DNA of 63,846 nucleotides, counting the filler, from Intoshia linei (lineage: Eukaryota; Animalia; Orthonectida), in NCBI GenBank assembly GCA_001642005.1. It is 7 parts of 7 records of this genome, joined end to end, with 100 filler letters (N's around TTAATTAATTAA, not from the genome) between each part and the next. Parts side by side here need not be neighbours in the genome. Positions count along the whole stretch, not along the records: positions 24,056 to 45,393 come from LWCA01000652.1; positions 45,494 to 52,146 come from LWCA01001651.1; 5 more parts are not named here. One strand, 5' to 3'. The notes under the pieces were generated by a model. It had not been told where the DNA came from, ran no database searches, and saw only the letters and a list, made by a program, of their open reading frames with translations. Positions 37,901 through 51,811 of the stretch are shown here, in pieces. Made by a program: the position numbers and the translations under genes. How positions within the stretch are numbered: position 1 is the first letter of the stretch; every line of letters begins with the position of its first letter.

Positions 37901-40648
37901 TATAAAATTCTAAGACTGGTAGTTATTGAAATAAACGGTACCGCACACACAAACAAATATTGCATAGCATATTATATAACTAAGGATTACTGTTGATACA
38001 GTCCAGTATCATATCCATATACATATCCAGTTAACAGTGTTATGCAAAGTTAACACAAAAATTTTTAATCTGATAAAGTGACGCCTTCACGGCCAAAATG
38101 TAAAATCACTTTGTACTAAGTTTTAGTCTAAAACAACAACGAAGTACAGTGGTCATTGATTTATATGAATGTGGATTTTCTACTCTTTTCTACATAAATG
38201 GAAAAAGAAGTAGATTAAATTCTTCTACTCAACCTCGTATTTTGAAATTAGAAAATAAATCTGCTTAAATTCTCATAGTTGTAAATGTTAATTTTATCAT
38301 ATTTCTAATAGATGACTGGGCGCCCAAAAAAATCATAGCTCAAAGTGGGGATGAGAAAAAATTGATTGAGAACCACTACCCTAAACTAATAATTTGATTA
38401 TATTCATTTTAAATGGTCCTGCTCCACAATAAATTAAAAGTTTACAAAAAATTGTGTAAAAAATAATAATGTAGGTACAAATAACTTAAATAGTTTTGCA
38501 AATGAAAAAATATACAGTGTACTGAAAGAGGAGTAAGCTAATCAAAATTACATTGTTTTCAATCATCCAAAAAAAATCACATTTATTTCATAGAAACAAA
38601 CATAAATGTATATGAATCCCAAATTGTCAAAATCAGAAAGTATATCGTTACTTGGTGGTTCGTTTGAACTTTAAAATGTCATCATTATTCATATTAATAA
38701 TACAATATGTAGAATGTTATCATAATTACAATATCCAACTTTGAAAAAACTCGAATGAAAGTCTCTAGAGGCTTTAATCCGTAAATTATACAAATAAGAT
38801 AATTTTATAATTAAATCTTTAATATATCGATACAGAATATATACAATATATTATAGTAAATGTTTAGTTAACAATTATGAGTTAGATTCCTTATGGAATA
38901 CTCTCCACAAGAATCTAATTTATATTTTTAATAAATGCTTCTCTCGAGATGAATACATCATTATTTTAGAATTGAATTTTTTCTAGTTAATAATTACATA
39001 AATAATTGTACATGGTATAATAAGAAAAAAGTAATTTAAGGTAAGTATGAATTTCAATGATATAAAATAATTACTACATGTATAAGGTTTGTCTTTATTT
39101 CTACTATTCTTACTATTATGATATGAATTAGAGCCCTGAGCAGGTAGCATTCCAATTCCATTCCGTCGGTGTTCGTCACATTTTTTCATTAACCGCACGC
39201 TTTTTGGCTCTGTATTTTTTAAAACTAGCTTCATTACAATCCGTACACCATGAGAAATATCCTGTCTCATTTTTGATATATTTTAATTTTTTATTATAAT
39301 GGAGTATTATAATTATACATAGACACAAACTATAAACAATCAGTACTATAAAATCAATTTAAATTAAAATAATTTTTCGGTCCCTACCCATTGCAAAGCT
39401 CTTTTATGGTTGACTTAAAGCTAAATGTTAAGCCTCAACTAGAGAATTGTCATTATTTTAAATTTCATTTGGTAATTTGGTTCAATTCGTCGCAAAATTT
39501 TATGTTGTCGAACCTAAGGCTCATTTTTACTTTCTTGATTTAATTTTCATTTCTTTTATAAATTTTATTTTTCGCAAGTCATGCAAAAGTTATCTGTTCA
39601 CACGGTTTGAAGTTGATACCTATTGTAATTGATATACCTATTGAATACAATAATTTTAAACAAGTAACTTTTCATAATATTTAATGTGATTGTTTATTAT
39701 TGTTAACATTTTATAGGTGCAGATAAAAACTATTGAAAGCAGTGAGAATTTTTATAAGTTTTACAATTTTATGTTTCGTTAAGTTGGGTTAAAAGGGGAA
39801 TGATTTTCAAGTTATACTTACTATGTCGTAAACTTATTGAAATCTACAATATGTAGTTACTTAATACAATACATTACTTAAGTAATAATTAGTAGTAGTT
39901 AATACAATATTAAACTACGATCGTCTATTCACCGTCTATAAATATAAAAAAATATTAATCAGTGTTCAAAGTTTAATAATTGGACAAGATTACTTGCAAT
40001 GAAAAATAATACAAGTAACTGTATGTTCCCTATATATTTTTAATGTAAAATGTCAAATGCTGTCATATTAACAAACAGTTGACATAATTGTCGCAAGTGT
40101 TTAGACATTTTTATGAATCCCAATATGAAAGTTCAAGGTCAACTAAAAGAAAATTAATACATTGCTTTCAAACGTATTATGCAAAATAACATTAGATTAT
40201 AATTTAAATGTTCAGGAATTATAATGATTAAATTAATTTATTAATTAATATTTATAATTATAATTATATTTATTTTTAAATTACTAATGTATGTATTAAA
40301 TTTTTAAATCATGCATGTCTTTTTTATAGTTGATCTTTATATATATAAGGTCTGGGCAACCATTTTTTTTGTCTTTCGATGGGGCTACCACAAGTTAAAC
40401 TGATGGAAAATTGAACAAAGTACCTTTCTAGAGGAGAAATTAAGCAATTTGTTTCGAATGTCACTCGATAAGAACTACTAAATTATAATGTAGTAATCAT
40501 TTACAATTGAGGTGGCTAGAGGCCATATGGCCCGGACCTACAATCATGATGGGCCTACTTTTTTAATTTATTAATATTTAATGTTGGAAAATGTCTTAAG
40601 TATACCAAAATTTCGATAACCAATGCGATTTACAGCGGTTATTTTTAA

Positions 40649-41763
40649 TCTTTACTTATATAATATGCTATGCAATATTTGTTTGTGTGTGTGTTACCGT
40701 TTATTTCAATAACTACCAGTTTTGGAATTTTATAAAGTCCACATTTCAATTATAGTTTTTTCCGGGTGTTAGCAAAATAAATTTAAATCTCCCAAACTGA
40801 CATCTTACGGGTCAAAAAGCCCAATTGTCCTTTTTTTGAAAATCAAACGAGTTCGAGTATTTAAAAAATTTAAAAATTCTGATACGGATTTTAAAATCAT
40901 AAATATTATCATAAATTTAAATTTAAACAAAATATATCTTCAGGGCCAAAACCCCAAATGACCCTTTTTTTAATGGAAACAGCTCTAGAATTTAAAAAAA
41001 TTATTGGTGGTACAGTTGTATTTTGTTAACACACACAAAAAATCTCAATTTGAATAAGTGATGCCTTCATGGTCAAAAAAGCATTTTAGTATTCATATAT
41101 TTTCTTACCGAAATATTTTATTAGAACAAAAAATGTAAAATAATTAACGGTCCGAAAATTTAAAAAAAATTAAAATTGAAAAATTTGTTATTATCATTTT
41201 TATATTTATTACAATTTTTTGCAATATTGGTAAAATAACTCAGAGTAAAATAATATTGGTATGTTTATAAAGTGCTGATTCCGTTAATTATTGATACATA
41301 ATTAGTATTGTTAAAGTATTTATTCAATTGGTACTGAATTTATATTATCACATTGAAAATGACAAAATAGGTTTTTATAATTTTATTTTTTCTGAAATTT
41401 ATGCTATTTATGACAATTTTCAGGATTTAACTGTTTTTACTTTATTTTTATTATACACACATTCTGTCTAATATATTAAAAAATGGGATAACAATTGTTT
41501 TTAAAATTCTTTACGCATTTGTGTAATGATGTTAAATGTTAACAAACAACAAATTAAGATGAACTAATTCACTTTAAAGTAAAAAGTAATGTGATATGAC
41601 GGTTCCACCTGAAACAAGATTTGGGACCACTCTTTTAAAAGATTAATAATAGTAGGATTTTTAAGTTAGATTTTCAACGTGAATTTATTTTTTTGGTCGA
41701 ATAAAAATGTGCCCTCGGCAGTTCTAGGTGCTGTTTCTACGTAATACATAATAGTCAACCAAG
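40649..41763 (+). mobile_element. Near-complete non-autonomous Helitron copy
   Basis: Starts A|TC(T)TTACTTATATAATATGCTATGCAATATTTGTTTGTGTGTGT and ends with a hairpin plus CAAG|T. The same 5' end occurs at ~16290, 23495, 23815 (+) and ~33755, 37988, 42255 (-). Confidence 0.72.
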
Positions 41764-44700
41764 TTATTTATAAAATTCTAGGACTATTGTTTTAAAAAAG
41801 GGTAATCTGAGTTTTAATTGTCAAAATTCAATTTTTTTGAGCTTCCCATTTATGATAATGCTGATGATTATAAGAAACTATCCCAGAATTTATATTTTAT
41901 ATATTTTTCGAACATGTTTCATTTTTAAAACAAAGGGTAATTTAGGGTTTTGACCATGAAGGTGTGCGTTTATGAGGCTGATATAAACGACAATGTTAAT
42001 GATTTTACAACGCGTTCCAGAATTTATGTTTTATTAAAAGTTTGGGCTGATTTTATTTTAAAAAAAAAAAGGGCTAATTGGGTTTTTGACCCTGAAGGAC
42101 TTAATTTCTGATAATTAAACTTAAATATATACATTTACCGCAAAAAACTGTGTTAGAAATGGGGTTTATTTAAATTCTACGACTGTAAATTTTTTAAATA
42201 TACGGTAACACACACTCACAAACATAGACATTCAATTTTATGTAAGTAAAGATCTAAACTCGGTAATTTTAAATTATTTTAAAAGCTTTCAATTTTATAA
42301 ACTACAATCTCCCTGATATACACGATGTGGTATACTTATGATATTTAATTACGCATTAACGGTCATGTGATTCAAATTATACATATACTATTACTTTTAT
42401 TGTTAGTTATACAACCAAGTATAACCAACATGTTCTGTTATCTGTATTGTTCAACGTACTGTATATTCCATTCCACACTGAACCAATTAGATAATTTTTA
42501 TCTATATTCGCACCATAGCTGTTTTAACAATGAATCCATTAACACAATATGTGACTCAAATTATAAAAAAAGTTGTACTTATTATTTTACATTTTATATT
42601 TTAAAATAGTGAGATATCAGTCTAAAATTAAAAATAATGTAATTAAATTTAGGAGTCATATTGTGCAACTTATGTTGATGAAATTTTCTATTGTCTTACA
42701 TTATTTCATTAAACCGAATAATGTTGCGTGTCGGTTTAATCAAATAAACCACGCATGATACCATATTCACAATTAATTGTACAAAAATATCGTTAATTAC
42801 CCAAAATTTAAAAGGGAAATTTATTCACTCATTAATAATTTATTTAAATGACAAAAAATACAAACACATTTCAAAGTTTCTAAATTTGTACTCCATTTTT
42901 CGTTACAATTACTAGTATACATTTACCAATCTACAAATTCATTAAAATACATAATTGATACATGTATGTTTCAGTTGATAAAATTTAAATGTGCGTAATA
43001 ATTCATAAGGTCAAAAAATTACGACCTTTGAATAATATTTTCAATGACAATAAAAGAAAATGAAATTTATATTTTGAAAAATTTGTGAGACATACATTTT
43101 AATTTAAAGCTGAATGAAAAGTAAAGATGAGAATAATACTGTCTGAAATATTACAACTGAAATTTATTTGAATTTGATTATTATATAAACTTAATTATTT
43201 AGAATAATTTAAAGTACTAGATGAATCAACACTTGAGAAAATTGCAACTTTTTCAGCCTAAATTTACAAATTCCGTTACAAATACTTGATAAGTGTCACT
43301 TATTATAAGTCTTCTTGAAAAGTCAAAATCTTATCAACAGAAAAAGGTTGCTGTATTAGTAGCGCATAACGTAATGTACATTGTCAATTGAAATAATCCG
43401 TTGACTTGAATCATTTCAATATGTGTGTTTACAATTGATACATTCCGTTGTTCAAATTTTGTAATACATCATTAGCATACGTTACGTCGAATTATTATGG
43501 TAATCCCGATTTAAATCAAATGTAGACATTTCACAATTTATGAGTCATCAACAATTACAATTATGTACATTTAAACAAAGGATGATAGTAATGAGCACAT
43601 GGTCAGTGAAAAGAATAATCAAACCCCATGACGTTAATTTATATTGAAGTTTACCGCCATAATACAAAAATTATAGTGCTTGTTGCATATTAACAGCAAA
43701 TAATACTTTTAAAAATTAATTGGCAAACGATCCATTAAAATGTAAATTGTCCGTTAAATTAGCACTGATTTAAACAATGTATCAAGTATTAACATAAACA
43801 GATTCAAGTAGCAACTTCAAAATACGTCAATATGTAAATTATCTAGGATAATGACGTGTCATATAAAAATAAACTGTATCATAACGCACGGTTATACATT
43901 GACTTAAACAGTTTTACCGTTCAAATAAATGTACGCGTACATAAAAATTTTCAATAATTACTTTTGGACAAGTTTTTTAGCGATAAATCCTTATTTATAT
44001 ACAATATATATAACTGACGTATAATTAGTAAAAGTTGCTAAAATGTGTCGTGTGTGCTACCATTTAATTAGCAGAGTTATAAAACAAACTGACAGTCCCA
44101 CAAGTTTCAAAACAAAAATTGAAACTCAGTAATATGGAAGATAAGAATCTTCAAAGTAAGTTAAATCTAAAAATTAGCATCTTCATTGGCAAACAACCAC
44201 ATATTCCCTTTTTTTTATAAAAATGAAAATCGTCTCAGAATTTTAAAACACAAGAACAAATTTAAATTTCATGATATTCTACGTAAATTGTTATTTTCAA
44301 CATTGATACTGCAAATTTACAAGTACATGAATAACAGTTTCACGCACATTTGCAATCAATATTATTATGGTTAGTTTGCACAATTATTTACAAAAGATTT
44401 AATTCACACCATTATTCTCACTTTTAAATGTTTATTTATTGAAGATTTACCTTATTTTTAATTGATTAAATTTATAGCATTCTTTCGAAAAATATTTATC
44501 TATTAACAGTAACAGTAAAATAATACACATGTATACTAAAGAAAAAACTTGTACAATGTAAGTTATATATATTAATATTTATTTGAATTAATAAATGCGT
44601 TTATATAAAATATCTCATCATTACAATTTAAAATGTTAAATTCTTATCTAATGTTCAGTTTTATAATTGGTATTTTTGGTAAATTAATTTTTAAATAAAT

Positions 44701-45039
44701 TTAGTGTTTCATTTGTTACGAATAGAAAATTCAAAGAGTAATTTTGATAATTTCAAAAATATTTATAATTTATGAATCATAAAGTGTGAGTCATAGTGTC
44801 AAACGAATTGGCAAGGGGCCTACTGCCGGCTCTCCATAGCTTTGACTGGTACCACAAAATAATTTGAAAAACATTGGTTATTAAAATTCGTTTTTAACAG
44901 GAATATGCGCATTTGAGAGATTGACTTTGTTTTTTTGAAAGTGGAATGATATTCAGCATCAAGGAATTACTGTAGTAGACCAGTATTTTATAGAATTCTT
45001 CCTTTGTTATTCTCCATAGTGACTCCAAATTTTGAGGAG

Positions 45040-45393
45040 ATCGTTAACGCACCCTTTTCTTCAATTCACTTCAAAGATTTTCGATTATATTTAAATCTGG
45101 ACTCTGTGGCGGCCAATTTGGTAGCATATTTAAATGCTGAATTTGTATTCATTGACTCGTAAATCGTGATGTATGAGACGAAGCATCATCTTGTTGTAGA
45201 ATATATCTTGTCTCATGCATTTTGCATATATAACGTTTCAGAATATTACAATATTCATGCGAATTACCGAGATTAAAGCATCGCACAATCAATCTCTTTC
45301 CGTTCTGCATAATCGCACTCCAGACCATAATACTTGGAAAGAATTTGACAGTGGGGTGGACATGTGACAATCTATATCTAGTATTTTTTCGCC
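45040..45393 (-). mobile_element. Tc1-like transposase remnant
   Basis: HPTVKFFPSIMVWSAI...ILQQDDASSHTS, then after a stop WPPQSPDLNIIENL. Confidence 0.8.
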
Positions 45394-45793
45394 NNNNNNN
45401 NNNNNNNNNNNNNNNNNNNNNNNNNNNNNNNNNNNNNTTAATTAATTAANNNNNNNNNNNNNNNNNNNNNNNNNNNNNNNNNNNNNNNNNNNNGAAAAAC
45501 ATTAAATTGAAAAATATCGCATTTATATTTCACGGAACCCCTGGGTTTCGCGGAACACGGGTTGAGAACCAGTAGCCTATAGGTTATAATTTTATGTGCG
45601 CTTATAACTATTTTTTGCGTGATAATTATCAGAGTTTAACCTACAGTACTCCGAGTCCCGTTTCGTTTGGCCATTTTTCGTAATTAAGCATATTTGATTT
45701 TAAAATTATATTAAATATCGGAACTATTGTGTAAGCTAAATTTAAGATGTCATGTTTAGATCTTTACAAGGGTAGGTGTGGCTAGGCCTATAT

Positions 45794-46406
45794 CAGTGTT
45801 TCCCAACCTTTTTTACTACATTACCCATATTATAATAGATGTAGTTATTTTAATATTAACAACAATATTTTTTTTTAAAAACTATTTAAAAACTACTTTT
45901 ACAAAATAGTAAAATAAAATCATTTCTTAATCTTAGTTTTATAGGAATCATTTTATTTTTAAAAAAAGGGGCATTGGGTTTTTGGCCCTGAAGGATTCAA
46001 TGTATGAAAATATAACTTACATGATAACATCACTCTATTATTTTGTCAAATTGTATATACAGTAAAACCTCACTATAACGAACCAATTCGTTCCGAAATC
46101 TTGTTCGTTAAGCGGGAGTATCATTCTCCATTCGTTTTGGCATACTTGAAGGGTAATTTTTCTATTTTTTTGTTTTTTAATTTGTTTGTTAAGCGATGTA
46201 TTACTGTATGTGTAAGGAATCCTAACTAAGGATACCCATTGCGGCTCTTGAAAATCTTTTTTTTCTATGTTAAAATTTTATAAATCGATATTTTTTTATT
46301 ATAGACTACATTTTATTATTATAAGTTTTAGAAAAATTTCCTAATTTTAGAACAAATTTCGCGATTACCCATTCGTGGGTAAATAGCCACAGGTTGGGAA
46401 TCACTG
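45794..46406. mobile_element. hAT/Buster MITE containing nested Helitron and pogo fragments
   Basis: TIRs CAGTGTTTCCCAACC / GGTTGGGAATCACTG; internal TACAGTAAAACCTCACTATAACGAAC (pogo-like end). Confidence 0.65.
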
Positions 46407-46595
46407 ATATATATGAATTACGCATCGTTTGCGAAAATTTTTTAGTTGCTTATTTTTTATTTTCTGGTCTGGTAGTTTGGTAAGTACGAATCTGTAAATT
46501 ATGCAAATATGGTTATCGACCCAATTTTAAGTATTATTTTTGTCATGGTTATATTGGGAATCTAATATTTAAAAAATGAGGATATTTTATTTTAG

Positions 46596-48520
46596 GTCTC
46601 GTATGCATGACTACGATGGTTGGTTTTGAAATGGCCCCTGTGCCGTTTGATTTTTACACTTTTTCGACTTGTGTTACGGGAACTGCACTAGCTTCAGCGT
46701 CTGCAGCTGCATTTAATCAAGTAATTTTTTTGTAAATACCAAAGAGTGACATAATTCAGTGTTGTGTAAAAAATTGACGCCCACTAAACAGACCCAAAAA
46801 ATTTTAAAAATAAAATAGATTAAAATCAACGGTTTCATTAATTTAGCAACTTTGTTCTGATTCTCCATTTAATTAGAATTTAATCAATCTAATATGTATA
46901 TTTTAATATAGGAGGGTTGACTTACCATTGTATTGCACTGCCCAACTCTTTATATAAATCTTTACTCCTTTTCTCGTTGACAATGAGGATCGTTAATTTT
47001 AAAGGTCTATTATTAAACCCTGTAACCTTTGATTTGAATAGAAGAAAAGTGGCTAAACACTCACGTTAGTAATAAATTTTTTGTATTGATGGACGGTCCG
47101 TGAATCATAACATATTTTTTTATTGTGGAGACTCTTCTATCCTGACACATGAACGGGTTTAAAATTATATAATTTGATAAAATTAAATCATGAGTAAAGC
47201 TATCTCAACGTGGCCCATGTGTGCCCTCAGGGAAATTTAAATATATAACACTTTTTATTTTTGAAATAGAGTACCGCGTAACATTAGGTTAAGAAGCCTG
47301 ATCTACATCATTACAATTTTTTTTGGAAACCAAAGGAAGAAATATTGTGATTATCATTTCTCCATATCCCAAGTTGGGATTCCCAACATTCGTGAACTAG
47401 GAAATACTGCAGGGTTTAGTATTCTAAATTAATAGATCGTACTATAAAAAGTTTTAGTAAGGTAAGGCAAAATTTTGCTGCTTCAGCTGAGTAAAGCTGA
47501 AAAAAGTTAAACAATGATAGAGGAATCAAAAATTTTTTTTGTATATACCGCCTACAATTGTTATCTAGCTCAGACCCACTTTTGGCTCTCCAAAGCTCTG
47601 AGAATTAAATGGTCCGTGGACAAATATAATTATATTTGTGAACGGATAAAAGGTTGTTACAGGGTTCGTTAATCTAGAACGTTTGAACCCCCACCCTGTG
47701 GATCACAAGTGTAAGGTTCATAAATATTCTGTATTTAATTTTAGTATATCGAAATACAATCAGATTCTAATATGAAAAGAACAAGCAATCGACCGTTGGT
47801 TCAAAAACTTTTAACGTAACGTCAATTTAAAAATAATTATAATATATGCATAGACCATTACATGCATGTATATTTGCTAGTGGAACAGGCCTGGCCGGTA
47901 TAGCCTTGTTATATACAACTGTAAACACACTGACCGCTGGTTTGGCTCTGACCAACATTTTGTTATACGTTTGTTGTTATACTCCAATGAAAAAAGTTTC
48001 AATGTATAACACTTGGGTTGGTGCTATTGTGGGTGCAATTCCTCCGTTGATGGGATGGACTGCTGCAACTGGAGGGATATCTGATTTAGGATTTTTAGTT
48101 CTAACGGGAATTTTATTTTCTTGGCAATTACCTCATTTCAACGCTCTCAGTTGGTCAAATAAAATGGATTATTCAAAAGCTGGTTACAAAATGATGGCTA
48201 GCGTAGATCCACTTTTATGTAGACGCGTCGCCTTGCGACACACCATAATAACTAGCCTCTTCACAATATTGGCTCCAATGATCAACCTGACAAACGTTTT
48301 CTTTCCTTTAATTATGTCTCCCGTTAATCTTTATTTCGTACTTTGCGGATACCAATTTTATAAAAACGGAGATTCTAAATCAGCAAAGAAATTGTTCAGA
48401 GCGTCTTTGATCCACCTACCACTTTGTTTAGTCGCTCTAATCCTTACCAAGCAAAAAATCGACAAATCTTATCCCAATGTTTTAAAAAATATTCTTGAAC
48501 CATTCACAATAAGATCATAA
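46596..48520 (+). CDS. COX10: Protoheme IX farnesyltransferase (heme O synthase), 5' exons not found
   Basis: Exons 46596-46720 (LVCMTTMVGFEMAP...AFNQ), ~47745-47815 (DSNMKRTSNRPLV) and ~47854-48520 (LYVCCYTPMK, NTWVGAIVGAIPPLMGWTAATG, WQLPHFNALSW, DYSKAGYKMM, LFRASLIHLP). Confidence 0.95.
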
Positions 48521-48580
48521 TATATATTTCAAATTTTATTTTGCAATTAAATGTTACAAATTAATACCCAAAGGTGAAAA

Positions 48581-51500
48581 TTAACTTTTAATATTATCTA
48601 ATTCAACAGATACGTTTTCAATTGTGGGTGATAGAGGTTTTCTCGGTTCACTGGATAACAATGTTTAAAAAATGATAAAATGTTTACTTGATGTTTGGGG
48701 TTAAAAGGTAATCTTTGACGCTATCTATAGTCATTTCGCTACAAATTGTTGTGTCAGTGGTAAGTCCATTTAATTGAGTCCCTAAAATTTAAACTAAATC
48801 ATTTTCATTCTTTTAAAAATTTTTTTAAAAAGTTAAAATTTCACATTTATGGTTTAAAATAAAAATGTCAAACTGAAAAATAAGTGTCCAAACCGTTTTC
48901 TATTTTGGATCCATTTTCGCTTCTGGATCCATTAACTTTCTCCGTACTGCCGGCAACAAAATTGCAAACGCTATCGGGGACCAAATTTATGCTATTTGAT
49001 AAGGTGAAAAATTGAAATTCCGATACAGAACTGCTAAATGCACAAACACCGTTATTACACATGAATGCAGATTTTATGGCTCTAAAAATAGTAAACTGGT
49101 TAAAATTAAAAGGTTACAAAATATTGTCATCCTTAATGGAACGCGAAAAACTACTACACAACGGTTTCATCTGAGGTAACGAAAAAATATCAGATTTGCC
49201 ATTGTTGAAGAGTACAAATAAAAAATTTTCCTTGTAATTTTCTAAAATATTTATTTTAAAAATAAAACTTTCTAATTACGCTTGTTTGAAAGAAGGACGA
49301 CTTTAGCTGTGCTGATTTTGAGACCAGATCTGGCCGTTATTTTCAGTTTATGTACAGGTGATAGTTGGGGAATGCTAAATAATTTTATCTGTTCTTCTGT
49401 GCACACTAAAAGTATTTGACTGACGGATTCATTTTCTTCAGGTTCTATTGAATCCTTATTCTGGAAAGGTGAAAAGTTTTCGTCAAGAGTCGTCAAATAT
49501 ATTATTGGGGCAGCATGTTTAATGTTTATTGTTTTAGCTAGTTCACACTGAACGGGATTTACCAGCCTTTGATCAGCTTGGGGAAAACTCAACATGTAAC
49601 ACAATATTTTACCACTTGAACAACCTATCCACACGCATAAACGGGGTTTATAATCTAAAAGTATATTTAAACTTGCCACAAAAATAAAACATTTTAGTAA
49701 TTTGCACATAGAAAAATGACAAACACGACCAATCAAACTTAATGGTTCTTTGTTTGATCTGCTTTGTATTTGAACTTCGTGTTCTTGGTTAAATGTTTTT
49801 GTTTTGTGTCTAAATAATAAAAATACACGGCGTTTTTCATAAATCTACACTTTTTACATTTAATCTGTGATTCATGAGGCCTACTTTTTTAATTTATTAA
49901 TAGGTAATGGTGGAAAATTCTTAAGTATATCAAAATTATTTCGTTTTTATGTTGACCAATGCGATTCCAACGGATATTTTGAATTTTTAGGTAATGAACG
50001 AGCAATGTATAGAGCAGGGGTTCCCACACTTTTTTCACAATGGATCGGTAATAAATTTTAAAAGTTACCGCGGACCATTAAAGTGAAATTACTAGGCAAC
50101 ATTAATTTTGTATAAAAAAATTAATAAATTGACTTGTAATAATGTCAAAATTATTTTGCGGGCCGTCATTTTGGAAACGCTGGTATAGAGGATCCATTTT
50201 TTAAAAAAACTTTTGAAAATTTTATAGGTCCTTCAATTTCCATCTGAGCCGGGCCTAATGCTGGTTCTCCTCGGCCTTGTTCGTGCAACAAAATGACCCA
50301 CGTTGAGAAACACTGTATGAAAAGTTTTAAAATGTACGATTTGTTGCGTCGAGATCTTCTTATCCGAATTCTTCGCATGGACTGGCGAAGTGACTTTTTG
50401 AGAGAATTTTGACGAGGAAAACCTTCCCCGACGTCATTGTAATCTAAATATTGAATATTTATTTTTTTACCCAATTAAAACCTAATTGTGTAAGAGTACA
50501 TTTTTTAATCATGACTATATTTTGAACAACATCAAAAATGATAATTCCATGCAACGTAGAAGCTGTCAAACTAAAATAATAAAAATATTTTTATACTCGA
50601 AAAAATACATTTCATTATCAGAATTATATTTCAAAAGTAAAATGGCGGCAGGTGGATTAAATTGAATTCTACGGTATATCGAAAAAGTATAGAGGTTAGT
50701 ATGTTTTGAATTTGAAAAACTTGACATATTTAATTTTGGATTTCCTTTCCATTTGTAGAGTGGCTGAGATTCTGTTATATTTATAGTAACAACACTTCCA
50801 AAATCAATACATTCTCCCTCATTTACACATTTTTGAGGTTCATATTCTAAATTTTTTGAAATTTCACAATCCAACTCCCCCTCTTCGAAATTTTCAAACT
50901 GATAAATTAGAATTTGACCAGCCTGACACCCAACAAATAAACGTTTACTGCAAGTATCATATAAAATTGTTCGGATTGAATATCGTGGATCATCACTACA
51001 TGGGTCGAAAATACCAATCTAAATTTTGTGAATTCAAACACTATAAATAGTATAAACCTTGTGAAAAGGAGGAAATTCATCAATCTCTTCATCCATTCCA
51101 TAGTCTATTAAATTACTTCTACCGTACTCTGAAAGGGTAGTGAATCGGTATATTAAATTTAAATGACCACGAACATTTGTCCAAAAACTTACAGAACCGT
51201 CTTCGTGTCTAAATTTTTATTAAATAGAAAGATCATAAAGTCATTACCCTGTAATCACCATCATTTTTTCTAAGCAAGATTCATTTGGTACAACATTGCC
51301 TCCATTAATTATGTATTTCTTTAATAAAATTAAAGTACACATTAATTTTACTTACATCAGGGTTTAAATAGGAGATTTTATCAATTTCAGCCATGTGGCG
51401 TAGAGCTGCAATAAATGCCTGACAAGGATTTTCATAAACATAAAAACATGTTATTGGTGTGGCGTGAATGCTTTGCATGTATGGCATGTAATATAGTCCA

Positions 51501-51811
51501 AATTTTGATTTTTCAGAATAATCTTCGAGGTCAATACATAAAATTTCTTCTTCAGTCAAAATTATACAAAATTTTTTATTACCTATTCATTAGATTACAT
51601 TAATTATAATAAAAGTTTACAAGCATTTTTAGAAATTTCTAACGAGTCGTTCAAAGATATGTTATCAAGTTTAGAGGTAATTACGATAAAATTAACCAAT
51701 CTGGATGTAAAATCCAAAGCTACATGAATATTACTAACCATTATCGATAATGTATTTTTTGTTCCATAATCTCTTCTCGGCATACCACCAGAAAAAATTA
51801 ATATGTCTTCA
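48581..51811 (-). CDS. lgl: Lethal(2) giant larvae WD40 polarity protein, 3' portion
   Basis: LIFSGGMPR, VALDFTSRLVNF, TEEEILCIDL, ITGHEDGSVSFW, FDPCSDDPRY, aPKC-site SLKKSLRQSMRRIR, WIGCSSG, VCTEEQIKLFSIP, C-terminal MTIDSVKDYL; no R-SNARE motif. The 5' part is lost at gap 52147. Confidence 0.9.

Noticed and set aside
29281-44374. Numerous 60-95 aa ORFs in the ORF track
   Set aside because: F/I/K/N/Y-rich composition expected by chance in AT-rich non-coding or TE DNA.
46455-46486. Candidate upstream COX10 exon ending in GTAAGT
   Set aside because: No open frame gives the phase-1 junction required by the 46596 exon, and it shows no COX10 similarity.
48581-51811. Tomosyn/STXBP5 as identity
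   Set aside because: Has the Lgl aPKC motif and the TIDSVKD tail and lacks a C-terminal R-SNARE.
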